A stretch of DNA of 32,000 nucleotides from Ruminococcus albus 7 = DSM 20455 (GTDB lineage: Bacteria > Bacillota > Clostridia > Oscillospirales > Ruminococcaceae): positions 3,060,001 through 3,092,000 of the forward strand of contig NC_014833.1 in NCBI RefSeq assembly GCF_000179635.2, read 5' to 3'. Under the pieces are notes generated by a model, which was given only the letters and a program-made list of their open reading frames with translations, was not told where the DNA came from and did not search any database. How positions within the stretch are numbered: position 1 is the stretch's first letter; the number at the start of each line of letters is the position of its first letter. The position numbers and the translations under genes are program-made. Shown here one piece after another: positions 21,582 to 29,681 of this stretch.

Positions 21582-23486
21582 TTAGTTGTCCTCCTTGCTC
21601 TTCTTTTCGTTTATCTCTATTTTATGATCTTTTCTTATCCTTATCTTTACAGTGTCACCGTTTTCCGAATAGTTTATCAGCATGAGATGGTTCTTGCTGC
21701 AGGGAGCATAGTATCCGTCATAGTCGTGAGTAAGGAGTATGTAATCTCTCTTTGCCGTTATCTCACCTATCTCAAATTCGTTATAGAACTTTACAGCATC
21801 AAGACCGTATTTATTGCAGAGATATTCTACCAGTTCAGGTGTGGGTTCTGCACGATCAGGGTCGAGTATGATCTGTCCTACTACATCATAGCTGCCCTTG
21901 TCATTTTTAAAAGCACTTATCTCCCACTCGCTTATGGGATCATTCTCGTCCAGCGAACTTTCTTTCATAAAGAGGTATACACGTTCGCCGTTCTCGTTCA
22001 CGTATGAATCCGAACCTCTGCCCATTATGGTGTAGGAGCCGTCTGCGTGCCTTACAGCGATATCTCCCGTAACGCCCCACTTGGTACCGTCCTCGTCATA
22101 GTACCAGCGTGCCGCAGTAGCCTCGGGATCACCAAGGTAACGGTCAGCCGATGCAGGGCTGGTAGCGTGCAGATTTGCAAGCACCTCATTCTCCTCAACA
22201 AGATCTCCGTTATCGTCCACCAGCTTGACATGAACATGGGGTTCAAGGGGCTTGCCTGTTTCATTGGTCTTGGTCTGTTCATCCATGAAGTATGTGACCA
22301 GTGTTACGCCGCCCTCTTCGCTGGCACCGCCGCCGAGAGAATATCTTACATTACAGCCGTTGTCACTCAGCCACTTATCTATCTTGCGCACCGCACTTAT
22401 ATTTACAGCCTCACCGCCCGATGCGGGACGCTTCAGGCACTCCAGTGCAGTAGGCGAAAGCACTCCCTGTCTTACGCTCATCAGGTAGAAGCTTGCAGTT
22501 GCTACCACACAGTTGCATCCCGTCTCCGAAAGATCTCTTGCAAATGTGTATTTGTTGTATATAGGTCTGGGAACAAGAGTGCCTCCCCTAGCCAGCGGCA
22601 TTATACCGCACACTCTCTCGCCTGTCATATGCGTAAGGGGTATGCACTGGAAATTTCTCTCTCCCACATAGTTCTGTGTATCAAGTCCTGCGTGCATCTC
22701 TACGTATGCATTCAGGGAATATTCTTTATATACCACGCACTTGGGTCTGCCCGTAGTGCCGCTGGTGTAGAAATAGCTTATATCACGGTCAAGATCGGTG
22801 GGTCCCAGATCGAGAGGTATATCGCTCTCCTCTCCTGCCTTTCTGAGTTCCTCAAGCTTAATGAACTCAACGCCCTTGATCTTGTCAAGATCGTTCAGGC
22901 ACTCCACTATCTGCCCGATATCAAATACCTCCTGCATCTGTTCGGGCATCTCGGATGTATCAAGGAACATCCCCTTTTTATCCTCGGGAAGAAAATCATC
23001 AAGGTTCATCACGATGACCTTCTTTACACCGCTTCCGCTGAGATGATCTACGAAGTAAGGCAGAAAAGCATCCAGCGTTACTATCACCTCAGAACCCTTG
23101 TCCTTTGTGTAAAGATCAAAATCATTCTTCAAAAACAGGAAGTTGACATTGTTGCTTATCGCCTTGACAAGGTTCACCGCGAAAAGCATCATCATGTTCT
23201 CGATGCTTACAGGCATACAAAGTGTGACCACGTCGCCCTCTTTTACTCCTGCCAGCTTCAGACCCCTCGCATAAGACTCGCGCAGTGCAGGCAGTTCACC
23301 GTATGTAACTATCCTTCCGAAATAGTCAAAAGCCGCTCCGTCAAGGTTGTCCTGATTGAATGTCATGATATTGTCAAAAATATTCATGTTGTAGATCTCA
23401 ACGCCGTTTATGACGCGGTCTACCCTTGCCCACTCGGGAAACTTCCTCTCGATGGTACAGGTGTTGATCTGTGTTGTCGTTCTCAT
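21582..23486 (-). CDS. ANL-superfamily acyl/aryl-AMP ligase (acyl-CoA synthetase-like)
   Basis: Start moved to ATG 23486 (RBS GAAAGGA); the track start 23507 lacks an RBS. Motifs are YFYTSGTTGRPKCVVY, TGDIAVRHADGSYTIMGRGSDS and EIGEITAKRD. The stop TAA at 21582-21584 is 1 nt from the next ATG. Confidence 0.85.
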   Translation of the reverse strand: MRTTTQINTCTIERKFPEWARVDRVINGVEIYNMNIFDNIMTFNQDNLDGAAFDYFGRIVTYGELPALRESYARGLKLAGVKEGDVVTLCMPVSIENMMMLFAVNLVKAISNNVNFLFLKNDFDLYTKDKGSEVIVTLDAFLPYFVDHLSGSGVKKVIVMNLDDFLPEDKKGMFLDTSEMPEQMQEVFDIGQIVECLNDLDKIKGVEFIKLEELRKAGEESDIPLDLGPTDLDRDISYFYTSGTTGRPKCVVYKEYSLNAYVEMHAGLDTQNYVGERNFQCIPLTHMTGERVCGIMPLARGGTLVPRPIYNKYTFARDLSETGCNCVVATASFYLMSVRQGVLSPTALECLKRPASGGEAVNISAVRKIDKWLSDNGCNVRYSLGGGASEEGGVTLVTYFMDEQTKTNETGKPLEPHVHVKLVDDNGDLVEENEVLANLHATSPASADRYLGDPEATAARWYYDEDGTKWGVTGDIAVRHADGSYTIMGRGSDSYVNENGERVYLFMKESSLDENDPISEWEISAFKNDKGSYDVVGQIILDPDRAEPTPELVEYLCNKYGLDAVKFYNEFEIGEITAKRDYILLTHDYDGYYAPCSKNHLMLINYSENGDTVKIRIRKDHKIEINEKKSKEDN

Positions 23487-23600
23487 TGTTTTGTCCTTTC
23501 TGTTCATACACCGGGCAATTTTTTATATCTGCGCCCGTATCGGTCTTTTCTTCTGACTTCTCCCCTTTGGGATCGGTACCTTATCTGTTCCGACAGCTTT

Positions 23601-23609
23601 ATTATAGCA
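23601..23609 (-). promoter_or_regulatory. Candidate extended -10 promoter element for the ligase operon
   Basis: The minus strand reads TGCTATAAT. I found no good -35. Confidence 0.3.
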
Positions 23610-23649
23610 TATAATTCTTAAATAATCCTTAACTTCTATAAAAAATAAT

Positions 23650-24670
23650 ATGGTTATCCCTTTAACACACCACAAGTAAGATCACTGCACCAAAGCAGCC
23701 AAAAGCCTTAAATACGCACTGTTTCCCAGCTTACGACGGTTGAATTTGTAGCAGTATTCGGCAGCATATAACGCTGTGTGGATCTTTTCGTTTCCGTGGT
23801 AAGTTCCCATGATCATTGCTTTGAAGTTTGATATAACTTTATGCATCCAGTTCAGCTGACCGCTTGTCGGATCATATGTTTCAAAAACATGGAAGTATTT
23901 CTGTGCCAACGGTTTCTTGTAACTTCGAGCATTATCACTCTCGATCTTCGAGCCTGCGCGGATATTATCCCTGGCAAATCTACCAACAGTTATACCCTTT
24001 AAATTCGGCACATCGCTCATTTTAACGTACTCGGGATTTCCTGCTGCGTTCTTTGACAAAGCTACTATCATCTTGACTTTTTCAGTTCCTCTGCCACGCT
24101 TTTTACCGTGAGTCGGAGCACCGAGATACGTGTCATCAAGTTCAACGATCCCGTCAAGCAAATAGCGTTCTTCACGGCATTTCATAGCTTTTCTGATGCG
24201 ATGAAGGATGTACCATGCAGTCTTGTAGGTCACCCCCAAAGACCTCATCAGCGTAACAGCAGAAACGCTGCATTTGTTGCTCATAATGAGGAATGCGGTG
24301 ACTATCCACAGTCTGAGCGGAATATGTGTTCTGTGCATAAAAGTTCCGTTTGTGGCGGATATATCTGCTTTACAGAACTTGCATCGCAGCAGATGGCGTG
24401 ACCTTATCCTGCGGTACTCAGAGCCACCGCAAAACGGGCAGGCAAAACCCTTTTCAAAGCGGATATCAAGCAGAAAATCCTTGCAAAAGCTTTCATCTGC
24501 GAACTTTGAGTATATCCCATCAAGTGTGATCTCAGGTTTCGGAAATCTTTTTGACATAGCGACAGCTCCCTTCGGTTTCTGTCACTATTATACTATATTT
24601 TCTGAGTTTTGAGGTCTGTTTATTTGGACAGCATTGTAAATTATCTGTGGTGTGTTAAAGGGATAACCAT
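23650..24670 (-). mobile_element. Intact IS1595-family insertion sequence (~1.02 kb)
   Basis: Perfect 25-bp terminal inverted repeats, ATGGTTATCCCTTTAACACACCACA at 23650-23674 and its reverse complement at 24646-24670, enclose a single transposase ORF. AAAAATAAT flanks both ends (23641-23649 and 24672-24680). Confidence 0.85.
23682..24557 (-). CDS. IS1595-family (ISXO2-like) DDE transposase
   Basis: The N-terminal zinc ribbon is CPFCGGSEYRRIRSRHLLRCKFCKADIS. It is followed by VELDDTYLG...GRGTEKVKMIVAL...ESDNARSY, which fits the DDE_Tnp_IS1595 layout. Confidence 0.9.
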   Translation of the reverse strand: MSKRFPKPEITLDGIYSKFADESFCKDFLLDIRFEKGFACPFCGGSEYRRIRSRHLLRCKFCKADISATNGTFMHRTHIPLRLWIVTAFLIMSNKCSVSAVTLMRSLGVTYKTAWYILHRIRKAMKCREERYLLDGIVELDDTYLGAPTHGKKRGRGTEKVKMIVALSKNAAGNPEYVKMSDVPNLKGITVGRFARDNIRAGSKIESDNARSYKKPLAQKYFHVFETYDPTSGQLNWMHKVISNFKAMIMGTYHGNEKIHTALYAAEYCYKFNRRKLGNSAYLRLLAALVQ

Positions 24671-24717
24671 GAAAAATAATAACTCAAAATAATTCACATT
24701 TAGCGCTTCAGCCTCAC

Positions 24718-24797
24718 GATTTTGCACATATGATTTTCAAAATATTTGATTTTTGTTACGATTTTAATTCGTTTTCAGCGATTTTTCGTCGAATTTT
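24718..24797. repeat. Phased T-tracts (GATTTT-type) upstream of the GH74 gene
   Basis: G(A)TTTT starts at 24718, 24732, 24748, 24760, 24771, 24780 and 24791, a spacing of 9-16 nt. Confidence 0.5.
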
Positions 24798-24971
24798 ATG
24801 AACGCATTCTTAATTAACGCAAATATTTTGAATTATTTCTGCGGTTTATTAGTATATGCAATAATATTAAACTGCTTTTGCAAACATCCCGGCGCGCTGA
24901 AAATCGGGTCAAAAGCCCCATATCCATGTAAAAAATATTTAAAAATTTACCGAACATTCGCAATAATACTA

Positions 24972-24980
24972 TGATAAAAT
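24972..24980 (+). promoter_or_regulatory. Candidate extended -10 element for the GH74 gene
   Basis: TGATAAAAT lies 55 nt upstream of ATG 25035. There is no convincing -35. Confidence 0.3.
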
Positions 24981-25034
24981 TACAATATCTAAAGGTAAAA
25001 TGTTATGACCAATTATGATCAAGGAGGTATATCT

Positions 25035-27971
25035 ATGAATTTATTCAAGAAAACGCTTGCAGGTATAATGGCTGTATGCCTGACAGCGTCTGCTGTGCCT
25101 TTCGCAGACATGAGCATCAACACTGTAAAAGCGTCCGCTCAGGATATTTCATCGTCTATGGAATGGGGTACGCTCAGGATAGGCGGCGGCGGATTCGTAT
25201 CGGGCATCGTTACGGGCAAGGACGTTATGTATGCGAGAACTGACGTAGGCGGAGCTTACAGGTATAACTATGATACCGAGTGCTGGGAGCAGCTCTTCGG
25301 CTTCATCAATGAGGCTGACCGCGGTCTGCTCAGCGTTGACGCTATGGCTGTCGATCCCACTGATGACGATACCGTTTACTTCCTCTGCGGCTGTGCTTAC
25401 TTCTCCGCTGAAAAGACCGTTATCTTCAAGACCACCGACGGCGGCAAGACCTTCAAGGAGATCGACGTTACAAGCCTCATCAAGGTAATGGGCAACGGTG
25501 ACGGCAGACAGTGCGGCGAGTCCATAGCTGTAGACCCCGATAACCCCAATATCATCTATGCAGGCGGCGACGTTACTTCCGATGCGAACTCCAAGTCCGC
25601 ACTCATCAAGTCCACCGACGGCGGCAATACCTGGAAGCCCGTTATAGGCTATGATGATCTCGGTCTTTTTGATAAGACTACCAAGTGGCCTACATGGGGT
25701 AATGTCAATGCACGCTCCGTTACCGACGGCGCATACCAGACACAGAACGGTGTTGCAAATATCGCCATAATAGGCGGCAAGGTCTATGTCGGCACATCCA
25801 AGAAGGGTGTTGCGAATGTACACGTTGCTAACGTCAAGGATGATAAGTTCAGCGTACTCAGCGCAGACCTCCCCACTGATGTATTCCCCTCAAGGATAAA
25901 TATCGACCCCAACGGCGATCTGCTGATAACCTATATCGCAGGTCTGGCATTCAACGGTGCAAGCGGCGGCGGCTACAAGTACTCCCCCAAGACAGGCAAG
26001 GTTTCTCAGATATTTGAATCGGGCTTCGGTCTTGGTTCTATATGGGCTGACCCCACAAACCCCGACCACCTCATCGCAGGCAGCTGCGGCAAGTGGCAGG
26101 CACAGCTGTGGCAGGAATGGACTGACCAGCACGGCGCTACATGGGGCGACCAGTACTTCCGTTCATTTGACGGCGGCAAGACCTGGCAGAACTTCTCCCC
26201 CGGACAGACCTACGGCTGGAACCAGCCTCTGGTATCCAACTACCTCCGGGACGGCGGCTATGACTGGATAGTTGATAAGGCTATACACTGGTCAGGTACC
26301 GTTGTTACCGATCCAAGGAACCACAACAGGATGTTCATAACCTCCGGTAACGGCGTGTTCGTATGCGATAATCTGTGGAGCACAGATCAGGATAATCTTC
26401 CTACCTTCACATTCCACCCCGACGGCATCGAGGAAGTTGTATCTCTCGACTTCGTAAGCACCCCCGACGGTCTTGACCTTTCGGCAATAGGTGACTATGA
26501 CGGCTTCGTTCACGAGGAGGATGACAAGATAGGTCTTCAGTATCAGCCCAACATGGGTTCTACCTCTGCTATAGCTGTATGCCCCCAGAACACCGATGTA
26601 TGGGCAAGAACAGCCGAAAACGGCAACAGCGGCGGCAGTGCATATTACACCCTCGACCGCGGCAAGACATGGACTGCCTTCACACCTGCCTGCACAGGCG
26701 GCAAGCTCTCCATAACCAAGCTGAAGAACGGTGCTTACAGGATCATAAATACAAGCACTAACGGTGCAGTAAGCTATAGCGATGACTTCGGCAAGACTTG
26801 GAACAAGTCAAGCGGCATCGATGCTTCAAAGACCGTGTATACCCTCGTTGACCCCAAGGATCCCTCGATAGTATATGGATCGGGTGTTAAGTACAATGAT
26901 TACTGGGCATCTGATATGACCAAGACCGAGCCTACCCTTGACGAGTGCCACTACAGCTTCTACATAAGCACCGACTACGGCGCTACCTTCTCCGCAAAGA
27001 CCGTTTGCAAATATGATATGTGCGACAGCACAGGCGATCCCGCTTATCTTGGCGACGGCTCAATAATAATCGCAGGCGGCTGGAACGGTATGTACAAGGT
27101 ATCAGACAAGGGCTCAAAGATAGAAAAGCTGGATAATGTATACTATGCCAAGACAGTCGGCTACGGCTGCCCCGAAAAGACAGGCGGCATAAATACCCTC
27201 TTTATGTACGGCAGACCTTCCGCGTCCGACCCCGAGGGCATCTACCGTTCAACTGACGGCGGCGCAAGCTGGGATTGCATCAACACAGACCACCTCTACG
27301 GAGGCACAGGCAACGGCAACTATCTGGTTGGTGATATGGACGAATTCGGCAAGGTATATATGTCTACCGTCGGATGCGGAATAGTTTACGGAAAGATCTC
27401 AGGCAATACATCCAGCGGAGATATCAAGGCTCCCAAGATAACAGCAGATGCACAGGATAACAGCATAAAGCTCAGCTGGAACAAGGTATCGGGCGCAACT
27501 AACTATGCTGTGTACGGCTATCAGAACAATAAGTGGGCAAGGCTTGCTGTTACAGACGGCACTACTCACACTATCAAGAACCTGACACCCGACACAGATT
27601 ACAAGGTTGCTGTCCTCGTTTATGCAAACGGCAAGTGGAACAATGATTACTCCAATGCTATCACCGTTACCACTAAGTCTGCATCCAATGATGGAACATA
27701 CCCCACCAACATCAAGGTTAATTACAGCGAGAAGTTCCACCAGCTGCAGTTCGTATGGGACAAGGTACAGGGCGCTGACAAGTACGGCATCGCAGTATAC
27801 CTTGCAGGCAAGTGGAGAATACAGACTTCCAACATTACTACAAACAGCTTTGTAACACCCAAAAACCTGACTCCCGGCATGACCTACAAGGTAGCTATCG
27901 CCGCAAGAGTAAACGGTACATGGGATACTGCAAACGCTATCAAGAACGCGGTAACAGTAACTGTTAAATAA
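25035..27971 (+). CDS. GH74 xyloglucanase-type enzyme (BNR/Asp-box beta-propellers) with two C-terminal Fn3-like modules; no dockerin
   Basis: Start moved to ATG 25035 (RBS AAGGAGGT). The signal peptide is TLAGIMAVCLTASAVPFA. WGTLRIGGGGFVSGIVTGKDVMYARTDVGGAYRY is the GH74 N-terminal signature. Asp-box repeats occur several times: TTDGGKTF, STDGGNTW, SFDGGKTW, TLDRGKTW, SDDFGKTW, STDGGASW. Confidence 0.9.
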   Translation: MNLFKKTLAGIMAVCLTASAVPFADMSINTVKASAQDISSSMEWGTLRIGGGGFVSGIVTGKDVMYARTDVGGAYRYNYDTECWEQLFGFINEADRGLLSVDAMAVDPTDDDTVYFLCGCAYFSAEKTVIFKTTDGGKTFKEIDVTSLIKVMGNGDGRQCGESIAVDPDNPNIIYAGGDVTSDANSKSALIKSTDGGNTWKPVIGYDDLGLFDKTTKWPTWGNVNARSVTDGAYQTQNGVANIAIIGGKVYVGTSKKGVANVHVANVKDDKFSVLSADLPTDVFPSRINIDPNGDLLITYIAGLAFNGASGGGYKYSPKTGKVSQIFESGFGLGSIWADPTNPDHLIAGSCGKWQAQLWQEWTDQHGATWGDQYFRSFDGGKTWQNFSPGQTYGWNQPLVSNYLRDGGYDWIVDKAIHWSGTVVTDPRNHNRMFITSGNGVFVCDNLWSTDQDNLPTFTFHPDGIEEVVSLDFVSTPDGLDLSAIGDYDGFVHEEDDKIGLQYQPNMGSTSAIAVCPQNTDVWARTAENGNSGGSAYYTLDRGKTWTAFTPACTGGKLSITKLKNGAYRIINTSTNGAVSYSDDFGKTWNKSSGIDASKTVYTLVDPKDPSIVYGSGVKYNDYWASDMTKTEPTLDECHYSFYISTDYGATFSAKTVCKYDMCDSTGDPAYLGDGSIIIAGGWNGMYKVSDKGSKIEKLDNVYYAKTVGYGCPEKTGGINTLFMYGRPSASDPEGIYRSTDGGASWDCINTDHLYGGTGNGNYLVGDMDEFGKVYMSTVGCGIVYGKISGNTSSGDIKAPKITADAQDNSIKLSWNKVSGATNYAVYGYQNNKWARLAVTDGTTHTIKNLTPDTDYKVAVLVYANGKWNNDYSNAITVTTKSASNDGTYPTNIKVNYSEKFHQLQFVWDKVQGADKYGIAVYLAGKWRIQTSNITTNSFVTPKNLTPGMTYKVAIAARVNGTWDTANAIKNAVTVTVK
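27429..27677 (+). repeat. Fn3-like module, GH74 copy 1 (divergent)
   Basis: APKITADAQDNSIKLSWNKVSGATNYAVYGYQNNKWARLAVTDGTTHTIKNLTPDTDYKVAVLVYANGKWNNDYSNAITVTTK. Confidence 0.7.
27699..27968 (+). repeat. Fn3-like module, GH74 copy 2 (C-terminal)
   Basis: YPTNIKVNYSEKFHQLQFVWDKVQGADKYGIAVYLAGKWRIQTSNITTNSFVTPKNLTPGMTYKVAIAARVNGTWDTANAIKNAVTVTVK. A 36-nt stretch (27783-27818) differs at one position from 15845-15880 on the opposite strand. Confidence 0.75.
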
Positions 27972-27991
27972 TGATACGCATATAGAACTAT

Positions 27992-28031
27992 GTCCCGAAG
28001 CATTCAAGGTGCTTCGGGACTTTTCTTTTTT
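27992..28031 (+). terminator. Rho-independent terminator after GH74
   Basis: Perfect stem GTCCCGAAGC (27992-28001) / GCTTCGGGAC (28011-28020), followed by TTTTCTTTTTT. Confidence 0.8.
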
Positions 28032-28032
28032 G

Positions 28033-28072
28033 CATAAAGAAATATGCCCCTCTGCAAAACGTGCAGAGGGGC
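28033..28072 (-). terminator. Rho-independent terminator after the LRR surface-protein gene
   Basis: Stem GCCCCTCTGCA (28046-28056) / TGCAGAGGGGC (28062-28072). On the minus strand it is followed by ATATTTCTTTAT. Confidence 0.6.
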
Positions 28073-28117
28073 AGAAATAAGATAGAATATATTCAAGCCT
28101 TTTATAGGCTACCGTTA

Positions 28118-29395
28118 TTACCTTACTGTTACAGTAACAGCGTTCTTGACGGACTCATAAAGTGTCCATTCACCGTTGATCTTAGCACCGAGAGCGACCT
28201 GATAGGACTTGCCGGGTGTAAGATTCTTAGGAGTCATATATGAGAAAGTATTGCCGGAAAGCGTACCGCCCTGAACTCTCCACTTGCCAGCCAGCTTAAC
28301 AGCTATAGCGTAGTTTGTAGCACCGCTTATCCTGTTCCAGCTGAATCTGATCTGATGATACTGGGAGTTGTACTCGATATTCGAGAACTTGGGGCTCACA
28401 GTAGGCTGAGGGTCGGGGGTGTAGTGGCTCTCATCGAATACCACGTTAGCATTGTTGAGGAATGTACAGCTGGGCTTTTCCAGGCTGTTCCACTTTGACT
28501 GACTTCCGTAGAAGGTTATTGTAGCAGAATTGTTTGTATCCAGGAAAGCAAATTCATGGATGTATGAAAGATCACCGGATACCTTCAGCTCTCTCAGGCT
28601 GGAGCAGTCACCAAGTGCCAGAGCCTCTATCCTTGTAACAGAGGGCAGATCAACAGATCTCAGGTTAGAGCACATATAGAATGTGTCATCGCAAAGCTCG
28701 GTAACACCTGCAGGGAATGTGACCGATGTTATAGCAGTGTTTCTGCTGAATGCACCGGGGCATACATACTTGACATTCGAGGGAACGGTAAAATCGCCCG
28801 AAGCCTTGCTTGCATCCAGAAGTGCGCCGTTTATTATAACGTATGTATTGCTGTTCTTCTGTGCGCTGAGCCATGGTGTAGAATCAAAACACTTCTCGTG
28901 TATCTTTACCAGCTTGCTTGGGAAGTTTACTGTATCAAGATTTGAGCAGTACTCAAATGCGTGCATCTCCAGAACTTCAAGACTGCTTGGCAGGGTCACA
29001 GAAGTAAGACTGCCGCAGAAGCCGAAAGAATAGTATCCTATAGTCTTTATAGACGAAGGGAATGTTATGCTAGTCAGGTTGCTGCAGAACTGGAAGCTGT
29101 TGCGTGCAACGGCTGTAACAGGCACACCGTTAACTGATGAGGGTATCACCAGTGATGATGCAGATGTATTGCCCGAAGAAAAACCGCTTACCTCAGCATG
29201 ATCGGAATACTTATTGAATTTCAGTCCGTTATACTCAACGGTGGTGTAATTCATATCAGCGTCTTCATAAGCATATGCAGTTATTGCAGCAGGCTGAACA
29301 AAACTGTTCTGCACTGAAGGAGCAGCAGCAAATGTCAGCATAAGTGCAGCTGTCAGTGCTGTTACCTTTAACATTTTTCCACTAGTATTTTTCAT
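28118..29395 (-). CDS. BspA-type leucine-rich-repeat (LRR_5) surface protein with a C-terminal Fn3-like module
   Basis: The signal peptide is MLKVTALTAALMLTFAAAPS. The repeats are NSFQFCSNLTSITFPSSIKTIGYYSFGFCGSLTSVTLPSSLEVLEMHAFEYCSNLDTVNFPSKL. RBS GGGAGGAAAG. Confidence 0.8.
   Translation of the reverse strand: MKNTSGKMLKVTALTAALMLTFAAAPSVQNSFVQPAAITAYAYEDADMNYTTVEYNGLKFNKYSDHAEVSGFSSGNTSASSLVIPSSVNGVPVTAVARNSFQFCSNLTSITFPSSIKTIGYYSFGFCGSLTSVTLPSSLEVLEMHAFEYCSNLDTVNFPSKLVKIHEKCFDSTPWLSAQKNSNTYVIINGALLDASKASGDFTVPSNVKYVCPGAFSRNTAITSVTFPAGVTELCDDTFYMCSNLRSVDLPSVTRIEALALGDCSSLRELKVSGDLSYIHEFAFLDTNNSATITFYGSQSKWNSLEKPSCTFLNNANVVFDESHYTPDPQPTVSPKFSNIEYNSQYHQIRFSWNRISGATNYAIAVKLAGKWRVQGGTLSGNTFSYMTPKNLTPGKSYQVALGAKINGEWTLYESVKNAVTVTVR
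28121..28396 (-). repeat. Fn3-like module, copy in the LRR protein (C-terminal)
   Basis: SPKFSNIEYNSQYHQIRFSWNRISGATNYAIAVKLAGKWRVQGGTLSGNTFSYMTPKNLTPGKSYQVALGAKINGEWTLYESVKNAVTVTVR. Confidence 0.7.
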
Positions 29396-29627
29396 ATCAT
29401 CTTTCCTCCCGATACGGATAACGTTTCTTTGAACATATCACACAACAGTTTTCATTTGATTTGATTAAATATGTTTCATCCGCATAAAAGCATTATAGCA
29501 TATAATACGTAATTAATCTTTATGATTATATGAATGGGCAAGTAATTTTTTTATTTTTTTGTTTATTACACAATACATATTATTTTAAGGCTGTCCCTTA
29601 ATCCCCCGTTTTTATGTATCATGCCCC

Positions 29628-29661
29628 ATTAAAAAGAGCGGGAACCGTTCTTCCCGCTCTT
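29628..29661 (-). terminator. Rho-independent terminator after the M23 peptidase gene
   Basis: 11-bp stem AAGAGCGGGAA (29634-29644) / TTCCCGCTCTT (29651-29661). On the minus strand it runs into TTTAAT. Confidence 0.6.
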
Positions 29662-29681
29662 AAATAGCAATTTACCTTGTT

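Noticed and set aside
22047-23621. 524-aa ORF on the + strand, the second-longest apparent ORF in this part of the window
   Set aside because: It is exactly antisense to the ANL ligase gene, which has clear AMP-binding motifs. Its translation is Cys/His/Leu/Ser/Arg-rich with no recognisable domain or RBS. This is a typical shadow ORF of a codon-biased gene.
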